Shown here: positions 39,045 through 48,806 of the stretch, piece by piece | Layout of the letters: every line of letters begins with the position of its first letter | Position numbering within the stretch: the stretch's first letter is position 1 | DNA from: Candidatus Sericytochromatia bacterium | Lineage (GTDB): Bacteria; Cyanobacteriota; Sericytochromatia; S15B-MN24; JAQBPE01 | DNA: 64,000 nt | Direction: 5' to 3' | NCBI GenBank assembly: GCA_035284745.1 | Contig: JAYKIL010000031.1 | Span: forward strand, 37,201 to 101,200 | Position numbers and translations under genes: made by a program | The notes under the pieces: model-generated | Told to the model about the DNA's origin: nothing | What the model saw: only the letters and a program-made list of their open reading frames with translations | Databases searched by the model: none

Positions 39045-40238
39045 TTAGATGCTCGCGGGCACAAAAGCGAGGCCCCCGGGATGCCCTTCTAGTTTGAAGC
39101 TCCGTTCCACGACACCGCTGGGTACATCGATTTCCGCGATGGTTGCGTTACCCGTGCAGGCGACAAAAAGTTTTTGGTGGGTGTCGTCTGGAACTAACAA
39201 CGTTGGATTGCTTCCTACGGCCACGCGTCGTTCGAGTTTTCCTGTTTCAGCATCAAAAAATTGAACGACCCCAGGGTTGGTGTTCATACTGGCAACGGCC
39301 AGTTTTTGAGGGCCTATCCAAGCAAGGGCGCTTGGCCCGGGGGCGGTGGGTATCGTCCTGAGGACTTTCAGGGGTGACAGGCCAATCACCGCGATCCGAT
39401 CGGCGCCACGGCACGCCAAAAACAGGGACCGTCCATCCTGTGAAAAGATCCCGGCCCCTGCACCAGCCCAAGACAGTTCGAGTCGTCCCTTGATGGTGTT
39501 GAGGGCCGCATCTCCCACGACAACGCTACTGCTTCCCAAAGAACCTGCGTGTTCCGGGTCGAGGGCGACCCGCAGTCCCAGCTCTCCGACACCGGCCGCT
39601 CCCGGCAAGGCCCCTGTATAGGTTCGAGAGATGACGTAGAGATCGCCGTTTTGGGGATGTTCAAGCAGGCGCGTCGGCGCTGAATCCTCCCCTAAAACCC
39701 CGAGTTGTTGACGGGTCTCGAGGGTGCCCGCATCCAGTTGCGAGATCCTGTGCCCTCTGAGTTCCGTGACCCAGAGTTGTTTTTGCCCACGCGTGAAGGC
39801 CATACTTCCAGGCAGGGAGCCTTTTACGCTGCCTGGATGACATGTTTTGCAACTGGCTGCGCGAGCCATCGTCTGAGGGCCAAGGGCCCGATGAGGGAGT
39901 ATGTCAGGCGCAGCACCGATGATGCGTTGGCGGACCGGGGTCCCTTGTTGGGTCGTTGAGAAAGCGCTAATGCTTTGAGAGCCGCTTTCTAACACGTAAA
40001 CTGACCCATTCTGGTCCACGAGAATCTGGTGGGGCAGGTGGCCCACAGACATGCTTTTTTGAATCTGCCCGGTCGTTAGGTCAATGGTGCTGACGCGATC
40101 AAAAGTAGGCTCGCTGACGTATAAATGGCCTCGGGTGTTTACCCGTTTGCCCGGACCCCAAAAAAACCAAGCAGCGGTGGCCCCGGCCAAAAGGAGCAAG
40201 ATTCCCACTTGAAGCAGATTGGGACTTCGCCCCTTCAT
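39045..40238 (-). CDS. YncE/YVTN-type beta-propeller with a CxxCH motif
   Basis: N-terminal TM; repeated VG..P../LYV blades; SCKTCH. Confidence 0.72.
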   Translation of the reverse strand: MKGRSPNLLQVGILLLLAGATAAWFFWGPGKRVNTRGHLYVSEPTFDRVSTIDLTTGQIQKSMSVGHLPHQILVDQNGSVYVLESGSQSISAFSTTQQGTPVRQRIIGAAPDILPHRALGPQTMARAASCKTCHPGSVKGSLPGSMAFTRGQKQLWVTELRGHRISQLDAGTLETRQQLGVLGEDSAPTRLLEHPQNGDLYVISRTYTGALPGAAGVGELGLRVALDPEHAGSLGSSSVVVGDAALNTIKGRLELSWAGAGAGIFSQDGRSLFLACRGADRIAVIGLSPLKVLRTIPTAPGPSALAWIGPQKLAVASMNTNPGVVQFFDAETGKLERRVAVGSNPTLLVPDDTHQKLFVACTGNATIAEIDVPSGVVERSFKLEGHPGGLAFVPASI

Positions 40239-40242
40239 CGGC

Positions 40243-41223
40243 TTATACGGTTGGTTTCAAGTAGAGCCGTTGTCTGACGGCCTCATACATTAACACGGCT
40301 CCAGCGGCCGAGGCATTCAGACTCTCCAGTTCTCCCGCCAGGGGAAGCTTGACGCGATGATCGCAATGGCTCGCCAGAAGTCGGGAAAGCCCTTTTCCCT
40401 CAGCACCGATGACCAGGACGAGCGGTTGTGTTAGGTCCACCTGGTATGGCAATGACTCGCCCGTGGCATCGGCGCCGACCAGCCAGAATCCGCTTTTTTT
40501 AAGCAATTCAGCCGCTTGGCTCAGATTGCCGGTCCGCGCAACGGGGAGTCGGTCCACCGCGCCCGCGGATACTTTGGCGACCACGGGCGTGATGCCCACT
40601 GCGCGTCGATTGGGGATAATGACGCCCTGAAATCCGGCGCCTTCCGCTGTCCGTATCAGAGCACCGAGATTCTGAGGGTCTTCGACACCGTCCAACATAA
40701 GCAGAGCAGGATAGGTCTGACCTTTAGCCGTTGTGATCAGGTCCTCAAGTTCAACATAATCGGCTTGAGCGATAGAAACCACAACGCCCTGGTGATTCGC
40801 GCCTGATGTCAGGGCATCCAGCTTGGGGCGTTCAACCATTTGAACCGCAGCACCTTTGAGTTTTGCCAATTGGCGAATGTTGGCGACAAGGGCCTGATTT
40901 TGCAGGTCGCGCAGGACCCATACCTTATTGACAGCTCGCGTCCCCTCAAGGGCTGCCAAAACAGGATGGCGACCGTAAACGATATCGCCCATGGGGACCT
41001 CGTCGGAGGGGCTGCGGTGGGACGCGGGCGGTGGCGCAAAGGCGGCGCGTCCCTCGGGCCGTGGTGGGCGAGTTTTTGATGCTCCGTCAGGGCGATGGCT
41101 TTTTTTGGGGTTGCCCGAAGCGTTCCGCGCCACTTTCCCCCGGGGCTCACGAGCGGGAGCGTCTTTTGGGTTTCTTCTGGGGTTTGGCGATTTGAGGCTG
41201 CGAGACGAACGGTCAGCGGGCAT
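40243..41223 (-). CDS. rlmB: 23S rRNA Gm2251 2'-O-methyltransferase
   Basis: YGRHPV, NHQGV, DPQNLGALIRTA, GAEGKG, SLNAS; basic disordered N-terminal extension. Confidence 0.94.
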   Translation of the reverse strand: MPADRSSRSLKSPNPRRNPKDAPAREPRGKVARNASGNPKKSHRPDGASKTRPPRPEGRAAFAPPPASHRSPSDEVPMGDIVYGRHPVLAALEGTRAVNKVWVLRDLQNQALVANIRQLAKLKGAAVQMVERPKLDALTSGANHQGVVVSIAQADYVELEDLITTAKGQTYPALLMLDGVEDPQNLGALIRTAEGAGFQGVIIPNRRAVGITPVVAKVSAGAVDRLPVARTGNLSQAAELLKKSGFWLVGADATGESLPYQVDLTQPLVLVIGAEGKGLSRLLASHCDHRVKLPLAGELESLNASAAGAVLMYEAVRQRLYLKPTV

Positions 41224-41611
41224 GGGTGGAATTCTCCATCAGAGTGTCAGCGATTGATAGGAGGGTGGCAAGTCGGGTGGGGTCGTTTTTGAGATACACG
41301 TACCCCAAAACCGCTTCAAAGGCGGTACTTAATCGGTACTCTTGAGCGGACGCTCGACTGGAGGTCCCGATCCCTTTGTGGTTACGAGCGCGGCGAAATA
41401 CTGATTTTTCTTCCGTCTCTAAAAAAGGTTCAATTTGCAGGGCGACCAGCGCTTGGCTCGGGGCACTGACCCGCGCGATGGTCGCTTTGTGAAGTGCATC
41501 CACCTGGCCTGCTACGGCCCGCAGGGATTGTTCTCGAACGTGCAGTTCAAAAACGGCGTCGCCCACGTATGCCAGGGCGCGAACCGATAGTTGGGACCAG
41601 TTGTTTGTCAC
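41213..41611 (-). CDS. mrnC: Mini-ribonuclease III
   Basis: LAYVGDAVFELHVR, RRARN, YRLSTAFEAVLGY. Confidence 0.93.
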   Translation of the reverse strand: MTNNWSQLSVRALAYVGDAVFELHVREQSLRAVAGQVDALHKATIARVSAPSQALVALQIEPFLETEEKSVFRRARNHKGIGTSSRASAQEYRLSTAFEAVLGYVYLKNDPTRLATLLSIADTLMENSTHAR

Positions 41612-43053
41612 GTTTGGTTCACATCATTGATCGGCTCCCACGCGGTGGTGCCGTCCTTCTGATCGATGAGGCGTATTTGAATGCCTGTCAGCCGATCTCG
41701 GATGGTGTCGGCCAAACTCCAATTTTTTTGCGCCTTCGCCGCTGCCCTCGCTTCAATCAAAATTTCAAGCAACGCTGTTGAGTGATCACCCAAAGGGGAT
41801 ACTTCCACGGCAGGGGGCGACAAATCAAGGCCGAGAACAGTTTGGGCCAATTCACGAATGCGCGTCACCGCCGGCCGTAGCGAGTATGCTAAGGGCTGGG
41901 GTTCCTGTGTCAAGCGGCGCAAGTTGTTCGTCATAGAGTGCAGGTGGGCCAGGGCTGAGGCCGTGTTGAAGTCCTGACATAAGGCCTCTTCGAAGCCCTG
42001 TGTCACGCTTTTTTCCAATACTTCGGCCTCAGGCGCATCCTTTTCCCGTTCAGCGTGGGAAGCAGCCTCGATTCGAGCCAGGTTTTCACGCCACTTGGCA
42101 AGCCCGCTGGCGGCTCCCCGAATGGCTTCCTCCGTGAAGTCTAGATCGCTGCGATAGAGAGTCTGCAGCATAAAATAACGAAGCGGCTGGGCCCCAAAAG
42201 TCGCAATGACCTCTCGTGCAGTGCGGATGTTGCCCAGGGACTTGCTCATTTTTTCTGAGCCCATATTTAGAAACCCGGTATGCATCCATACTCGGGCAAA
42301 GGGTTTCCCAGTCAAACCCTCTGACTGTGCGATTTCATTTTCGTGGTGTGGAAACTTTAAATCTTTTCCCCCCGCGTGAATATCGATGGTATCACCCAGA
42401 ATGCGGCGGACCATCGCAGAACATTCGATGTGCCACCCAGGGCGTCCGGGTCCCCAAGGACTTTCCCAAAAGGGTTCGTCCTGCTTCGCTGCTTTCCAAA
42501 GTGCGAAGTCTGCGGGGTCGTGCTTTCTGAGGTCTACTTCCACGCGGGCGCCTGCCTCGTTGTCCTCTCCGCCGCGACCCGACAATTTTCCATACTCAGA
42601 GAAACCTGCGACCCGAAAATAGACATCCCCCCCGACCGCGTACGCCAGATTTTTGTCAATCAGCCCCTTGATGTGTTCTATCATTTGAGGCACGGTGTCC
42701 GTTGCCCGGGGATATTCCGTGGCCCGCTGAACGCCCAGCGCATCCATATCAGTAAAGTATTCTTGCGTGTATTTCTCTGCCAGTTCACGGGGCGTTACAC
42801 CTTCTGTGTGTGCGCGGGCAATGATTTTGTCGTCGATATCCGTAAAATTCTGGACGAACTGGACCTCGAAACCGAGTTGCTGAAGGAAGCGTCGGAAGAC
42901 GTCCCAAATTAAAAATGTTCTTGCATTGCCAATGTGAAGAAGGCCGTATACGGTTGGTCCGCACACGTACATTGAGACCCGTCCTGATTCCCGGGGCTCA
43001 AATTCTTCAATACGCTTAGACAGGCTGTTGAACAGTCGCAGGGCCGGCGGCAA
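41608..43053 (-). CDS. cysS: Cysteinyl-tRNA synthetase
   Basis: YVCGPTVY, HIGN, GRPGWHIEC, FPHHENE, KMSKS. Confidence 0.98.
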   Translation of the reverse strand: MPPALRLFNSLSKRIEEFEPRESGRVSMYVCGPTVYGLLHIGNARTFLIWDVFRRFLQQLGFEVQFVQNFTDIDDKIIARAHTEGVTPRELAEKYTQEYFTDMDALGVQRATEYPRATDTVPQMIEHIKGLIDKNLAYAVGGDVYFRVAGFSEYGKLSGRGGEDNEAGARVEVDLRKHDPADFALWKAAKQDEPFWESPWGPGRPGWHIECSAMVRRILGDTIDIHAGGKDLKFPHHENEIAQSEGLTGKPFARVWMHTGFLNMGSEKMSKSLGNIRTAREVIATFGAQPLRYFMLQTLYRSDLDFTEEAIRGAASGLAKWRENLARIEAASHAEREKDAPEAEVLEKSVTQGFEEALCQDFNTASALAHLHSMTNNLRRLTQEPQPLAYSLRPAVTRIRELAQTVLGLDLSPPAVEVSPLGDHSTALLEILIEARAAAKAQKNWSLADTIRDRLTGIQIRLIDQKDGTTAWEPINDVNQT

Positions 43054-43055
43054 GC

Positions 43056-43739
43056 TTAACTCCCCCGCTTCAGTTCGCGGTTTTCTTGGCGGAGGCGGTC
43101 CACCTCTGCTTCGATTTGTGACAGGCGATCCTGCATGGCGGCGAGGATTCCCATGGTCGGATCGGGAAGGTTAATCTGCATGGCCGGGTCAGGCGTTTTG
43201 GGGTGCTCTGGTGAGGACACCACCCTGCCCGGAATCCCTACCACCGTCGCGCCTGCAGGCACAGCACGAGTGACCACAGAGCCAGACCCGATAAAGGCTC
43301 CGTCACCCACTTCAAATGCCCCCAGCACCTTTGCCCCTGAGCCAATGACGACGTTCCGACCAATGGTCGGGTGTCTTTTCACCTTTTGCAGGCTTGTGCC
43401 CCCCAAGGTGACCCCCTGATAGATCATACAGCCTTCGCCGACCTCGGCGGTTTCTCCGATGACAACACCCATGCCATGGTCGATGAATACGCCGCGCGAG
43501 ATAGCCGCACCGGGGTGAATCTCGATCCCAGTGCACCAGCGGTTGAGGTGAGAAATAAAACGCGGCACCCACGGAATTCCCGCTTGATGCAAGTCGTGCG
43601 CGACGCGATGCACTGCCAGTGCGTGCAAGCCCGGGTAGCAGGTCCATACCTCGGTCCACGAACGGGCTGCTGGGTCTCTTCGCCAAATGGCTTCGGCATC
43701 GGCCTTCAGGTCCAACAGCCAATCCAGGGGTGAGCGCAA
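43056..43739 (-). CDS. cysE: Serine O-acetyltransferase
   Basis: RDPAA, YPGLHA, GIEIHPGA, IDHGMG, KRHP hexapeptide region. Confidence 0.96.
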   Translation of the reverse strand: MRSPLDWLLDLKADAEAIWRRDPAARSWTEVWTCYPGLHALAVHRVAHDLHQAGIPWVPRFISHLNRWCTGIEIHPGAAISRGVFIDHGMGVVIGETAEVGEGCMIYQGVTLGGTSLQKVKRHPTIGRNVVIGSGAKVLGAFEVGDGAFIGSGSVVTRAVPAGATVVGIPGRVVSSPEHPKTPDPAMQINLPDPTMGILAAMQDRLSQIEAEVDRLRQENRELKRGS

Positions 43740-43741
43740 CG

Positions 43742-44875
43742 TTAAGAACCTCCGAAAGCCTTCTTTATGCCATCAAGAATTCCTGAATGGCCACGTTTTT
43801 CAGCCTTTCCCGTCCGAAGTTCCTCCAGTCGTTCGAGCAACTCGATTTCCTCTGGAGTGAGGTGCGTCGGAACCTGAACGACCACTTCAACGTGCAGATC
43901 CCCTCGCCGTTGGGATGCCCCGAGATAGGGCACGCCTTGGCCTCTCAAGTCAAAGACTGTCCCCGTCTGGGTCCCCGCAGGGATGAGGAGCTTCTGAGGT
44001 TCTTCCATCGTCGGTACGTCAATTTCAGTGCCCAGAGCCGCTTGAGCGTAAGAAATAGGAATCGACAGGTAAAGTTCGGTATCGCGACGTTTGAACTGTT
44101 TGTCCGAGAGAACGTGGAGGACGATAAAGAGGTCCCCGGGAGGGCCGTTACGGCTTCCCGCATCTCCTTCCCCGGTCACCCGCAGGCGTGCACCTGTATC
44201 AACCCCCGGCGGAATTTTGACCTTGAGTTGCTTGTCCGAAGCTTTCTTGCCCTCTCCGCGACACGCCGTGCACGGATTGTCGATCGTTTGACCTTCACCT
44301 TTACAGCGAGGGCAGATGGCACTTTGGGCAAATTGACCAAACGGCGTCCGATGAATTTGTTGAACCTGTCCTTGCCCCTTGCACGTTGAGCAGCTAGAGG
44401 CCTGGGTTCCTTTTTTGGCACCCGAACCCGTACAGGTTGCGCACGTCTCGAGATGCTTGATGTCGACCGTTTTCTCCGCGCCGAAAATCGCGTCACGGAA
44501 AGTAATGTCGAGGTCTAAACGAAGGTCTGAGCCCCTTTCCGGGCCCCGGCGGCGTGAACGCCCCCCCATGCTCCCCCCGAAGAAGGCTTCGAAAATGTCG
44601 CCAAGACCCCCACCGCCAAAACCGTTGAAGTCGAAACCTCCCTCGAAGCCTTGACCTCCCGGACCTGCGTGACCAAATTGATCATACATCGCCCGTTTTT
44701 GCGGATCGCTCAGGGTTTCATAGGCCTCTGTGATGGACTTGAATTTGTCCTCGGCCCCTTTTTCTTTATTGACATCTGGGTGGTATTTACGCGCAAGTTT
44801 TCGGTACGACTTCTTAATGTCGTCTTCGCTGGCCCCTTTAGCGAGCCCCAATAATTCATAGTAATCGGTTTTCAT
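43742..44875 (-). CDS. dnaJ: Chaperone DnaJ
   Basis: J-domain HPD, G/F region, four CxxCxGxG repeats. Confidence 0.97.
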   Translation of the reverse strand: MKTDYYELLGLAKGASEDDIKKSYRKLARKYHPDVNKEKGAEDKFKSITEAYETLSDPQKRAMYDQFGHAGPGGQGFEGGFDFNGFGGGGLGDIFEAFFGGSMGGRSRRRGPERGSDLRLDLDITFRDAIFGAEKTVDIKHLETCATCTGSGAKKGTQASSCSTCKGQGQVQQIHRTPFGQFAQSAICPRCKGEGQTIDNPCTACRGEGKKASDKQLKVKIPPGVDTGARLRVTGEGDAGSRNGPPGDLFIVLHVLSDKQFKRRDTELYLSIPISYAQAALGTEIDVPTMEEPQKLLIPAGTQTGTVFDLRGQGVPYLGASQRRGDLHVEVVVQVPTHLTPEEIELLERLEELRTGKAEKRGHSGILDGIKKAFGGS

Positions 44876-44922
44876 TTTGCACCGACCGGTGGACAGGCCG
44901 TCTCAAAAACGGCAAGGGTTTT

Positions 44923-44954
44923 AGAAAACGGGCCCGAGCGCCAAGCCCGGGCCC
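44923..44954 (-). terminator. Hairpin/partial terminator between dnaK and dnaJ
   Basis: GGGCCCGGGC-N5-GCTCGGGCCC followed by GTTTTCT on the minus strand. Confidence 0.6.
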
Positions 44955-44961
44955 TGCGCAT

Positions 44962-46857
44962 TTACTTGACTTCCTCGTAGTCGGCGTCAACCACGTTGTC
45001 GTCAGCGGCACCCCCGTCTGACGGTTCGGCCCCGCTGCCATCCGGCGATGGCGCAGCCCCGCTCTGTGCGTACAAAGAAGCCGTGACCGCGTAAATCGCT
45101 TTTTGCAGGTCATCCGTTTTTTCTTTCAACACCTCGAAGTCCTCCGTGTCGAGAACCTCTTTGAGCGCGCCCAACGCTTCGGTGACTTCGTCCTTCAGTT
45201 CCTGCGACGCTTTCTCGCCGGATTCTTTGAGGATCTTCTCAGCAGAGTAAATCGCCGCATCCGCAAGGTTACGCCCTTCGATCAGGTCACGACGCTTACG
45301 GTCCTCTTCTGCAAATTTCTCCGCTTCGAGGGTCATGCGATCGATCTCGTCTTTCGACAAGCCGCCGTTGTTGGTGATGGTGATCTTTTGCTCGTTATTG
45401 GTGGCCTTGTCTCGCGCGGACACGTTTACGATGCCGTTCGCATCGATATCAAACGTGACTTCGATTTGAGGCACACCCCGAGGCGCCGGCGGAATACCGG
45501 TCAGGTGGAATTTGCCCAGCGTCTTGTTGTCGGCGGACATTTCACGTTCACCTTGCAAGACGTGCACTTCTACCGCCGTCTGGCCGTCAGCCGCGGTGGA
45601 GAAGGTTTGTGTCTTGCTGGTGGGGATGGTGGTATTGCGCTCGATGAGCTTAGTGAACACGCCCCCCAATGTCTCGATGCCAAGCGACAAAGGCGTGACG
45701 TCAAGCAGCAAGAGATCCTTCTTTTCCCCGGCCAAAACGCCCGCTTGGATGGCAGCGCCCAACGCGACTGCTTCATCTGGATTGACGGACTTGTCAGGCT
45801 CTTTGCCTAGATACTTGCGAATGGCGTCTTGAACGGCGGGAATCCGGGTCGAGCCGCCCACCAAAAGAACCTTGTCGATTTGCTCTGGCTTGAGACCCGA
45901 GTCGTTCATCGCTGAACGAACGGGACCCATCGTCGCCTCTACCAAGTCAGCGGTCATCTCATCGAATTTAGCGCGTGTCAAGTTCAGGTTCAGGTGCTTG
46001 GGCCCCGAAGCATCTGCCGTGATGAACGGCAGGTTAATCTCCGTGCTGACCGTTGCAGACAACTCGATTTTGGCTTTTTCGGCAGCTTCTTTTAAGCGCT
46101 GTAAAGCCATCTTGTCTTTGGCAAGGTCAATGCCTTCTTGTTTTTTGAATTCGGCAATCAGCCATTCCATCACCTTGTTGTCGAAGTCGTCACCGCCCAG
46201 GTGGTTGTTGCCGCTGGTCGCCTTCACTTCGAAAACTCCGTCACCGAGTTCTAGAATTGAGACGTCAAACGTTCCGCCGCCCAAGTCATAGACGATGATG
46301 GTGTGGTCGTGGCCTTTGTCCGCCCCGTAAGCCAGCGCCGAGGCCGTCGGCTCGTTAATGATTCGGAGAACTTCCAAGCCAGCAATCGTTCCGGCATCTT
46401 TGGTGGCCTGACGTTGCGCGTCGTTGAAGTAAGCCGGGCAAGTGATGACAGCTTTGGTCACTTTCTCGCCCAAATAAGCCTCAGCATCTGCCTTCAGCTT
46501 CTGTAGAATGATGGCTGAAATTTGCTGAGGGGTGTGGGTTTCTTGGCCGATCTGAACCACCGGAACACCCCCAGCACCCTGTACTGTCTTGTAGGGCACC
46601 ACGGAACGTTCCGAGGACGTATCTTGCCAACTCCGTCCGATGAATCGCTTGATTGAGAAGATCGTGTTCTCGGGGTTGGTAATCGCCTGACGCTTGGCAA
46701 CCTGGCCGACGAGGCGTTCGCCAGTTTTGGTAAAACCCACGACAGAGGGCGTTGTGCGGTTGCCCTCGGCGTTCGGGATAACCACCGGCTTGCCGCCCTC
46801 GAGCACGCACACGCACGAGTTTGTCGTGCCAAGATCGATGCCGATCACTTTGCTCAT
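44962..46857 (-). CDS. dnaK: Chaperone DnaK
   Basis: [18 protein letters not shown]-terminal VVDADYEEV; start at MSKVIG with AGGAG RBS. Confidence 0.98.
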   Translation of the reverse strand: MSKVIGIDLGTTNSCVCVLEGGKPVVIPNAEGNRTTPSVVGFTKTGERLVGQVAKRQAITNPENTIFSIKRFIGRSWQDTSSERSVVPYKTVQGAGGVPVVQIGQETHTPQQISAIILQKLKADAEAYLGEKVTKAVITCPAYFNDAQRQATKDAGTIAGLEVLRIINEPTASALAYGADKGHDHTIIVYDLGGGTFDVSILELGDGVFEVKATSGNNHLGGDDFDNKVMEWLIAEFKKQEGIDLAKDKMALQRLKEAAEKAKIELSATVSTEINLPFITADASGPKHLNLNLTRAKFDEMTADLVEATMGPVRSAMNDSGLKPEQIDKVLLVGGSTRIPAVQDAIRKYLGKEPDKSVNPDEAVALGAAIQAGVLAGEKKDLLLLDVTPLSLGIETLGGVFTKLIERNTTIPTSKTQTFSTAADGQTAVEVHVLQGEREMSADNKTLGKFHLTGIPPAPRGVPQIEVTFDIDANGIVNVSARDKATNNEQKITITNNGGLSKDEIDRMTLEAEKFAEEDRKRRDLIEGRNLADAAIYSAEKILKESGEKASQELKDEVTEALGALKEVLDTEDFEVLKEKTDDLQKAIYAVTASLYAQSGAAPSPDGSGAEPSDGGAADDNVVDADYEEVK

Positions 46858-46879
46858 TGAAGTATCTCCTTGGGTCGTC

Positions 46880-47581
46880 TTACGACACTGATTCGGACGT
46901 CGCCGAGTCGTTTGGGGTAGTTGGATCATCCGGCGCCGATGCCGACACCGTTATGGCCGGCATAGCCGGGTTATTCGCAATTTTTACCAGGGCATGGCGA
47001 AGCACCTTACCGTGTAAGGTGTAGCCCCGCCGAAACTCTTCCAAAACCGTTTGGTCAGGCTTGTCGTCGGACTCTTCTTGCAGCACCGCTTCGTGCTGGT
47101 TTGGATCGAAAGGCTGCCCGCTCACATTCATGGGAACCACGCCCTCTTTTGATAAGAAATCCAGCACTTGTTTGTAGATCATTTGTACGCCTGTCAACAC
47201 TTGCTGTGGCTCAGTGGCACGCTCTCCGACCTGTAGGGCCCGCTCGAAGTTGTCGAGGACCTCTAAAAACTGTTCCAGTATTCTCTCCCCGGCAGACTTT
47301 ACAAGCGCTTCGCGATCTTGGGTTTGCCGCCGCCGGAAGTTCTCGAAATCGGCGGCCAGTCGCTTCAAGTGGGCTTGTGTATCTTGATGGGCTTCGTCTT
47401 TTGCCAGCAACTGGGCCCGTAAGTCATCCACGACCGCTTGGAGTCCCGTGGCATCTGAGGGTACTTCGCCCACAGGTGGCATCGTGTTCTCTCGGACGTC
47501 CGTGGGCGCCTCGGTGTCTACAGCGTTTGAGTCTGAATGTTCGGTAGGATGAGCAGTTGACTGCATATCTTCCACGTTCAC
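46880..47581 (-). CDS. grpE: Nucleotide exchange factor GrpE
   Basis: [30 protein letters not shown]; GTG start with GGAGG RBS. Confidence 0.95.
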   Translation of the reverse strand: MNVEDMQSTAHPTEHSDSNAVDTEAPTDVRENTMPPVGEVPSDATGLQAVVDDLRAQLLAKDEAHQDTQAHLKRLAADFENFRRRQTQDREALVKSAGERILEQFLEVLDNFERALQVGERATEPQQVLTGVQMIYKQVLDFLSKEGVVPMNVSGQPFDPNQHEAVLQEESDDKPDQTVLEEFRRGYTLHGKVLRHALVKIANNPAMPAITVSASAPDDPTTPNDSATSESVS

Positions 47582-47672
47582 TTCTGTCCTCCCAACGGGC
47601 TTCGGCCAATGCCTGATGTACTTCCTTTTAAGCAGATAAAGCACGCCATTTTAACACACGCTCAACGGTTCT

Positions 47673-48719
47673 TTACGCTCCGGGATAACCGAACAGGCGG
47701 GAGAGCGTGCGTGTGAGATGCTGCGCCATTGTCTCAACGGCGGCAATTGCGCGAGGATATCCCAGGCGAGTAGGGCCCATGACACCGACTTCGCCAAACA
47801 CCTGGTGGCCGATCGAGTAAGGGGCGGTGACCACACTGCACTCGTGCAGATCGGCCAGAGGAATCTCTCTCCCTATCAACACCCGGGCAATTTCTGTTTC
47901 AGTCGAGCCCGCTTGCGACATCACGTTGGCGAGGGCACTCTCCCGTTCCAACAAGCTCAGCAAAGACCGTATCTTGTTCAGTTCGCCAAATTCCGGTTGT
48001 TCGGCCAGGAAACTCGCGTTGGCCACGAAGACACGGTCTTGCGTGGGGGCCGGCGCCATAATTTTGGCCAGTAACGCCTCCAGTACCGAAGCGTACTCAC
48101 TCAGTTCTTCGCACATGGCGCCAACCAACTGCGCGGTGAGGCCGTTGAGTGGCTGGTTACGAAGGTGAAAATTCAAAAAGTTGGTGAGTGTCGCCATTTC
48201 ACCTTCACCCATGGGGGTTGGCAGAACAACCCGTCGATTCAGGGTGCCGCCCCGATCGGTCACGACAACGACAAGCGCCTCTTGGGCGCTCAGCGGAAGA
48301 ACCTGAACGAATTTTAGCCGGGCAGATTGTTGTTGGGGCGCTCGTACAATGGCGGTGCATTGGGCCAGAACCGCCGTTATTTTCGCAGTGTGCTGAAGAA
48401 TTTCGTACAAGTCGTTTTCATCAAAAGTGAAGCGCTCAAGAATTCCCAAATCTTCTTTTGGAAAGTCCCCAACCCTCTCCATCAAGACATCGACGAAAAT
48501 TCGGTACCCTGCATCGGAAGGAATTCGCCCGGCAGAGGTGTGGGGCTGTCTGAGGAGACCTTCATCCTCTAGGTCGGCCATTTCGTTCCGCAGCGTGGCC
48601 GGGGAAAGCCCAAAGTCAAACTTTTTGGCGAGAACCCGCGAGCCCACGGGTTCCGCCGTCAGGATGTAGTCTTCGATTAAAGCCTTCAAAATGGCTTGCT
48701 GTCGAGATGATAGCAACAT
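47673..48719 (-). CDS. hrcA: Heat-inducible transcription repressor HrcA
   Basis: EPVGS, SPATLRNEMADLE, PHTSAGRIP, GPTRL.Y. Confidence 0.96.
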   Translation of the reverse strand: MLLSSRQQAILKALIEDYILTAEPVGSRVLAKKFDFGLSPATLRNEMADLEDEGLLRQPHTSAGRIPSDAGYRIFVDVLMERVGDFPKEDLGILERFTFDENDLYEILQHTAKITAVLAQCTAIVRAPQQQSARLKFVQVLPLSAQEALVVVVTDRGGTLNRRVVLPTPMGEGEMATLTNFLNFHLRNQPLNGLTAQLVGAMCEELSEYASVLEALLAKIMAPAPTQDRVFVANASFLAEQPEFGELNKIRSLLSLLERESALANVMSQAGSTETEIARVLIGREIPLADLHECSVVTAPYSIGHQVFGEVGVMGPTRLGYPRAIAAVETMAQHLTRTLSRLFGYPGA

Positions 48720-48730
48720 CACAAAACTGT

Positions 48731-48757
48731 TTAGCACTCAGAGTGGGCGAGTGCTAA
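48731..48757. promoter_or_regulatory. CIRCE element (HrcA operator)
   Basis: Perfect TTAGCACTC-N9-GAGTGCTAA, 11 nt upstream of the hrcA ATG. Confidence 0.97.
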
Positions 48758-48758
48758 T

Positions 48759-48787
48759 AGCCTAAGGGTTTAGTCTCGTTGTGTCAA
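48759..48787 (-). promoter_or_regulatory. Sigma70 promoter of the hrcA operon
   Basis: TTGACA-N17-TAGGCT directly upstream of CIRCE. Confidence 0.8.
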
Positions 48788-48806
48788 GTGACATGCTTCC
48801 CGGTGA

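Noticed and set aside
45103-46291. Long antisense ORFs over dnaK (similarly over nrdJ, rne, the ABC ATPase and 34726..35814)
   Set aside because: Shadow ORFs from codon bias opposite well-supported genes
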